Below, piece after piece: positions 45,744-48,983 of a stretch of DNA of 48,983 bases. Both the position numbers and the translations under genes were made by a program. The stretch comes from Nemertoderma westbladi (lineage: Eukaryota > Animalia > Xenacoelomorpha): the NCBI GenBank assembly GCA_032718475.1, contig JAUCBJ010000876.1, positions 1 to 48,983 on the forward strand, read 5' to 3'. How positions within the stretch are numbered: the first letter of the stretch is position 1; each line of letters begins with the position of its first letter. The notes beneath the pieces were generated by a model. It made no database searches and had not been told where the DNA came from. It was given only the letters and a program-made list of their open reading frames with translations.

Positions 45744-47164
45744 AAATCTTATTTTAGTTCCTGAAAAAAAAACATTTTTTATATTTGAATCTTTTTAAAT
45801 AATATTTAAGAATGTAACCCTATGTTCTATTGCAGAACAGACATATTATATCATACCTATCCTACATATACATATACAAATACATATATGTTTCTATAGT
45901 ATAGGATGGGGGGGTGGGGGGGGGGGGGGGGCAAAAATTTCTTAAAACAATAATTTAATAATTGAGTCAGCGCCATCGAATCTATAAAATGTATATTTTA
46001 TAATTTTTAATTAGACTTTTTATTTTTATAAATTTTTTATAACAATTATTGTAATTTTTTACATTAATAAATTATAACAACTCTTTTAATGAAAGTCAGC
46101 TAATTTCTGTACACCAATAATGGAAATATTTATCAAAATTCCATAAGATCAGTTTTATAAAGAACTGCCGAAACCCATTCGAGTGAGAATGATGAAAATA
46201 ATTAAAGTTTGTTCAAAAGTGGCGGAGAAGTAGTAAAAATTTTGAAAACAATAATGTCCTTCAGATATAATCAAAAGTTTAAACCTTCCTGCACTGCGGT
46301 CCGGTCACCGAGCTAAAATTTTAATTACGGCATTATGGGGGTTTTCATGATAGCTGATTTAATTTCTGACGTTGGGTGAAACGATTGGTGGAATCTAGTC
46401 TGTCCATCTTACAATTGAAGAACTGAAATAGATCTCACAAAGACGTTTTCAGATTTTAAATCCTTATTAAATTTTCCTCTAAAATAAATTATAAAAAATT
46501 GGAATTTCTGAGCCGTTGGGGTTTGTATACTGTACTACATACGATCGTGTTCGTGTCTACTGAATTACCGCAACCTTCACCCCAATCACAGTATAATATA
46601 ATTACACTACCGGTATTGCAGAACATATTACATATATTTCGTACCTTTTAAGTGTCATAAGGTCCTGAGTCAAAAATTACTATAAAAGATATACCGGGTG
46701 TTCCATAACGATTCCCCCCCCCCCCCTGGCCAGCCAAAACTGCCAGACATGCACCTTAGTGTAATATATCATTCGAAAGAGAATTTAATTATGCGCTTGC
46801 ATGCAAAAGTTTAGGGTCCAATAAAAAAGTATAAAAATTTTATAGGCTATTCTTTGAAACAATCTTATTTTTCATTATTTTTTATTTAATCACAATTAAA
46901 AAAATATAATTTATTCAGCGTTAGTCATCAGCTTTACAGCCATGATTCCCCTTTGCAGCACGGGGAGCTCCTCAATAGTGGCAAAGGAAAGGAAAACGGC
47001 CCTTAAAACGGCCGTTTTGGTTTGAGTTCAGTTTGATTAGCCACAGAATCACGACCCTCTCTAAAAGTAACATCTCTGATCCTATTATATGTTGAGCCTC
47101 CAGGGGGCTGGAGGGAACAACTGGGGTGAGGGTCTTGCCACGTATATAAATAAAAGAGTTTATG

Positions 47165-47205
47165 TCCGTATGCGCATTTCGCCCGTTTCGGGTGTCTTCA
47201 GCGGA
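47165..47205 (-). ncRNA. Minimal hammerhead ribozyme motif (inverted copy)
   Basis: Exact reverse complement of 47393-47433. Confidence 0.7.
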
Positions 47206-47392
47206 ATATATTAAACATTAAAAAACCAAATTAAATAATAGTAATAAAATATATATAAATTTATATATAAAATAATATTATAATAATAATCCGTCAAGCT
47301 TTGCCTGATATCAACTTTCTCATTTCCTTCTCGTTTTATTTGTAAATTTACTTTGAATTTTATTTAATTTGGTTTTTTAATGTTTAATATAT

Positions 47393-47433
47393 TCCGCTGA
47401 AGACACCCGAAACGGGCGAAATGCGCATACGGA
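47393..47433 (+). ncRNA. Minimal type I hammerhead ribozyme motif
   Basis: TCCG-CTGAAGA-CA-CCCG.AAA.CGGG-C-GAAA-TGCGCA-TA-CGGA; palindromic stem III (ATGCGCAT), AUA triplet, A.C mismatch at the base of stem II. Confidence 0.7.
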
Positions 47434-48696
47434 CATAAACTCTTTTATTTATATACGTGGCAAGACCCTCACCCCAGTTCTTCCCTCCAGCCCCCTGGAG
47501 GCTCAACATATAATATGCTCACACCACGCTCGACGTCAATCCGCAACATTAAATCTCTGATCCTGTATAAATTATATTTTATTAAATTGCAATTAAATCA
47601 AAAATATTGATAAGTAAGATAGGTAGGTTTAAATAATTGTCTACAAAATTTGTATACTTTTGTATTGGACCCTAAATTTTTGCATGCAAGCTCAGAATTA
47701 AATTATCTTTCAAATGATACTGTATATTACACGTTCGTGGGGCCTTCGCGCAGCACGAGGCCCAGTTATGAGATACAAATTAAAATTGAGCGACTGTATC
47801 ACAAAATCAGGTTTTGAGAAATTTACCCACACCACCAATCAATCCAAGAAAGGGGGACAGTACGTGTTCACCCCTTTTAATCTGCCTTTTAAAGGAAATT
47901 AATTGTTTTACAGTATAAGATTTAAATAATTATACTTAAAAATTATACAGATGTAATCCACATACGCCATTCTATTATAGTTTTTAATTAGTTCAAGTGA
48001 TTTGCTTTATTAATTGTGTCTTTAATTGATCTAAAGTAATTAAAACGTCATAAAAAATTGATTCTCATTAAATACTGCTCATTTATTGGCTAACATGCTG
48101 GTACGATGGAAGGATGTGTGTGTAAGGCAGCTATTTGCTGGGAATGATTATTAGTCAAGTCTCTGCTGGTGTGGAGCTAGCTGGCTTGGAGTTGTGGCTG
48201 TAGACTAACCAGAGAGGAATTGTACTGTAATAGGCAACCAGTATTGCTATTCCAGCCCAGACATCATTCTTGAAATCCAACATCCCAACATCCTTCCTGT
48301 ATTGACTCTACTATAAGTGTTGTATTGCTATCTCAGGTAAATGACAGATATAATAACATAAATACCATCCATGGCATGGCTGTTGTGTAGGCTTCTGAAA
48401 TAGTTTATTCCACAATGTATATGTCTGGTTATTTTTTAATTGAATTTTTGCAAAGTAGTAAAATTAATGTTCTTAAAAATAATATTATTATTTTATATGT
48501 AACCTAGGAAATTAGCTACATTTTTTCGCTGCAGCTTTAAGAGTGTACATTGATTTAATATTATTTCAATACCCATATTACTACATCGGCATAAGATGCG
48601 TTGGCGTTGTATCACACATCTCCACATATCACACATCTCCACATAGATGTATCAACAGTTACTCGCACAGTTTCGAAACTTCGCATAGTTATAACT

Positions 48697-48983
48697 GTAT
48701 AAAGATCGTCAGTCTGCGTTTAGGAAAAATATTTTATGACAAAACAGGACAAGCGACGAGCGCAACGAGGCATATAATGAAGACGAGTACTGCGTTGACT
48801 AAATTGTTATATAAACCACCTGGCTTCACATATTGATCGCATCCCTAGTTATTATTATTATAAAGATCGTCCTAGCCTGCGTTTAAGAAATATATTTAAA
48901 TACAAAACAGGACGAACGCAAAGAGGCTTATAATGAAAACGAGTACTGCGTTTATTATATTCCTATAACCACCTGGCTTTGCA
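48697..48983 (+). repeat. Two diverged tandem ~160-bp units, possibly a small Helitron-like element
   Basis: TATAAAGATCGTC...ACAAAACAGGAC...ACGAGTACTGCGTT...AACCACCTGGCTT occurs twice; the first unit ends CTAGT. Confidence 0.55.

Larger units (their letters stand above)
47084..47552. mobile_element. Penelope-like remnant with an inverted pseudo-LTR
   Basis: ~155-bp near-perfect inverted arms (47084-47238, 47360-47514; one mismatch seen), a unique tail, 12-bp direct repeat ATCTCTGATCCT (47072-47083, 47553-47564), and a hammerhead in each arm. Confidence 0.8.
46694..47731. mobile_element. Tc1/mariner-like palindromic MITE hosting a Penelope-like insertion
   Basis: Starts TA|CCGGGTGTTCC; CTTGCATGCAAAAGTTTAGGGTCCAATA mirrored by TATTGGACCCTAAATTTTTGCATGCAAG; extreme right end not found. 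Confidence 0.7.

Overview
AT-rich, repeat-dense animal (probably invertebrate) nuclear DNA with no prokaryotic features. Two well-supported protein genes lie on the minus strand. One is a single-coding-exon PTK7/Off-track-type receptor pseudokinase (5 Ig domains, TM helix, kinase fold; 22544-25216). The other is the 3' part of a spliced gene (four in-phase exons, 33931-40641) for an acidic low-complexity protein ending in a CaaX box (CCVVL). The rest is mobile DNA: a head-to-tail array of Helentron/HINE-like elements carrying satellites (1-9798), RTE and L2/CR1 LINE remnants (one with a ~160-bp flanking duplication), hAT-, MULE-, Tc1/mariner- and Sola-like MITEs, Penelope-like remnants with three minimal hammerhead ribozyme motifs, and three minisatellites (24, 31 and 48 bp units). 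The least expected signals are apparent excision scars: many TAGGCCTA/TACCGGTA/TACWGTA motifs, in two places visible as insertions at a TA, and a 17+3+17-bp P-element-type footprint. All coordinates and counts were read by eye; no searches were run.
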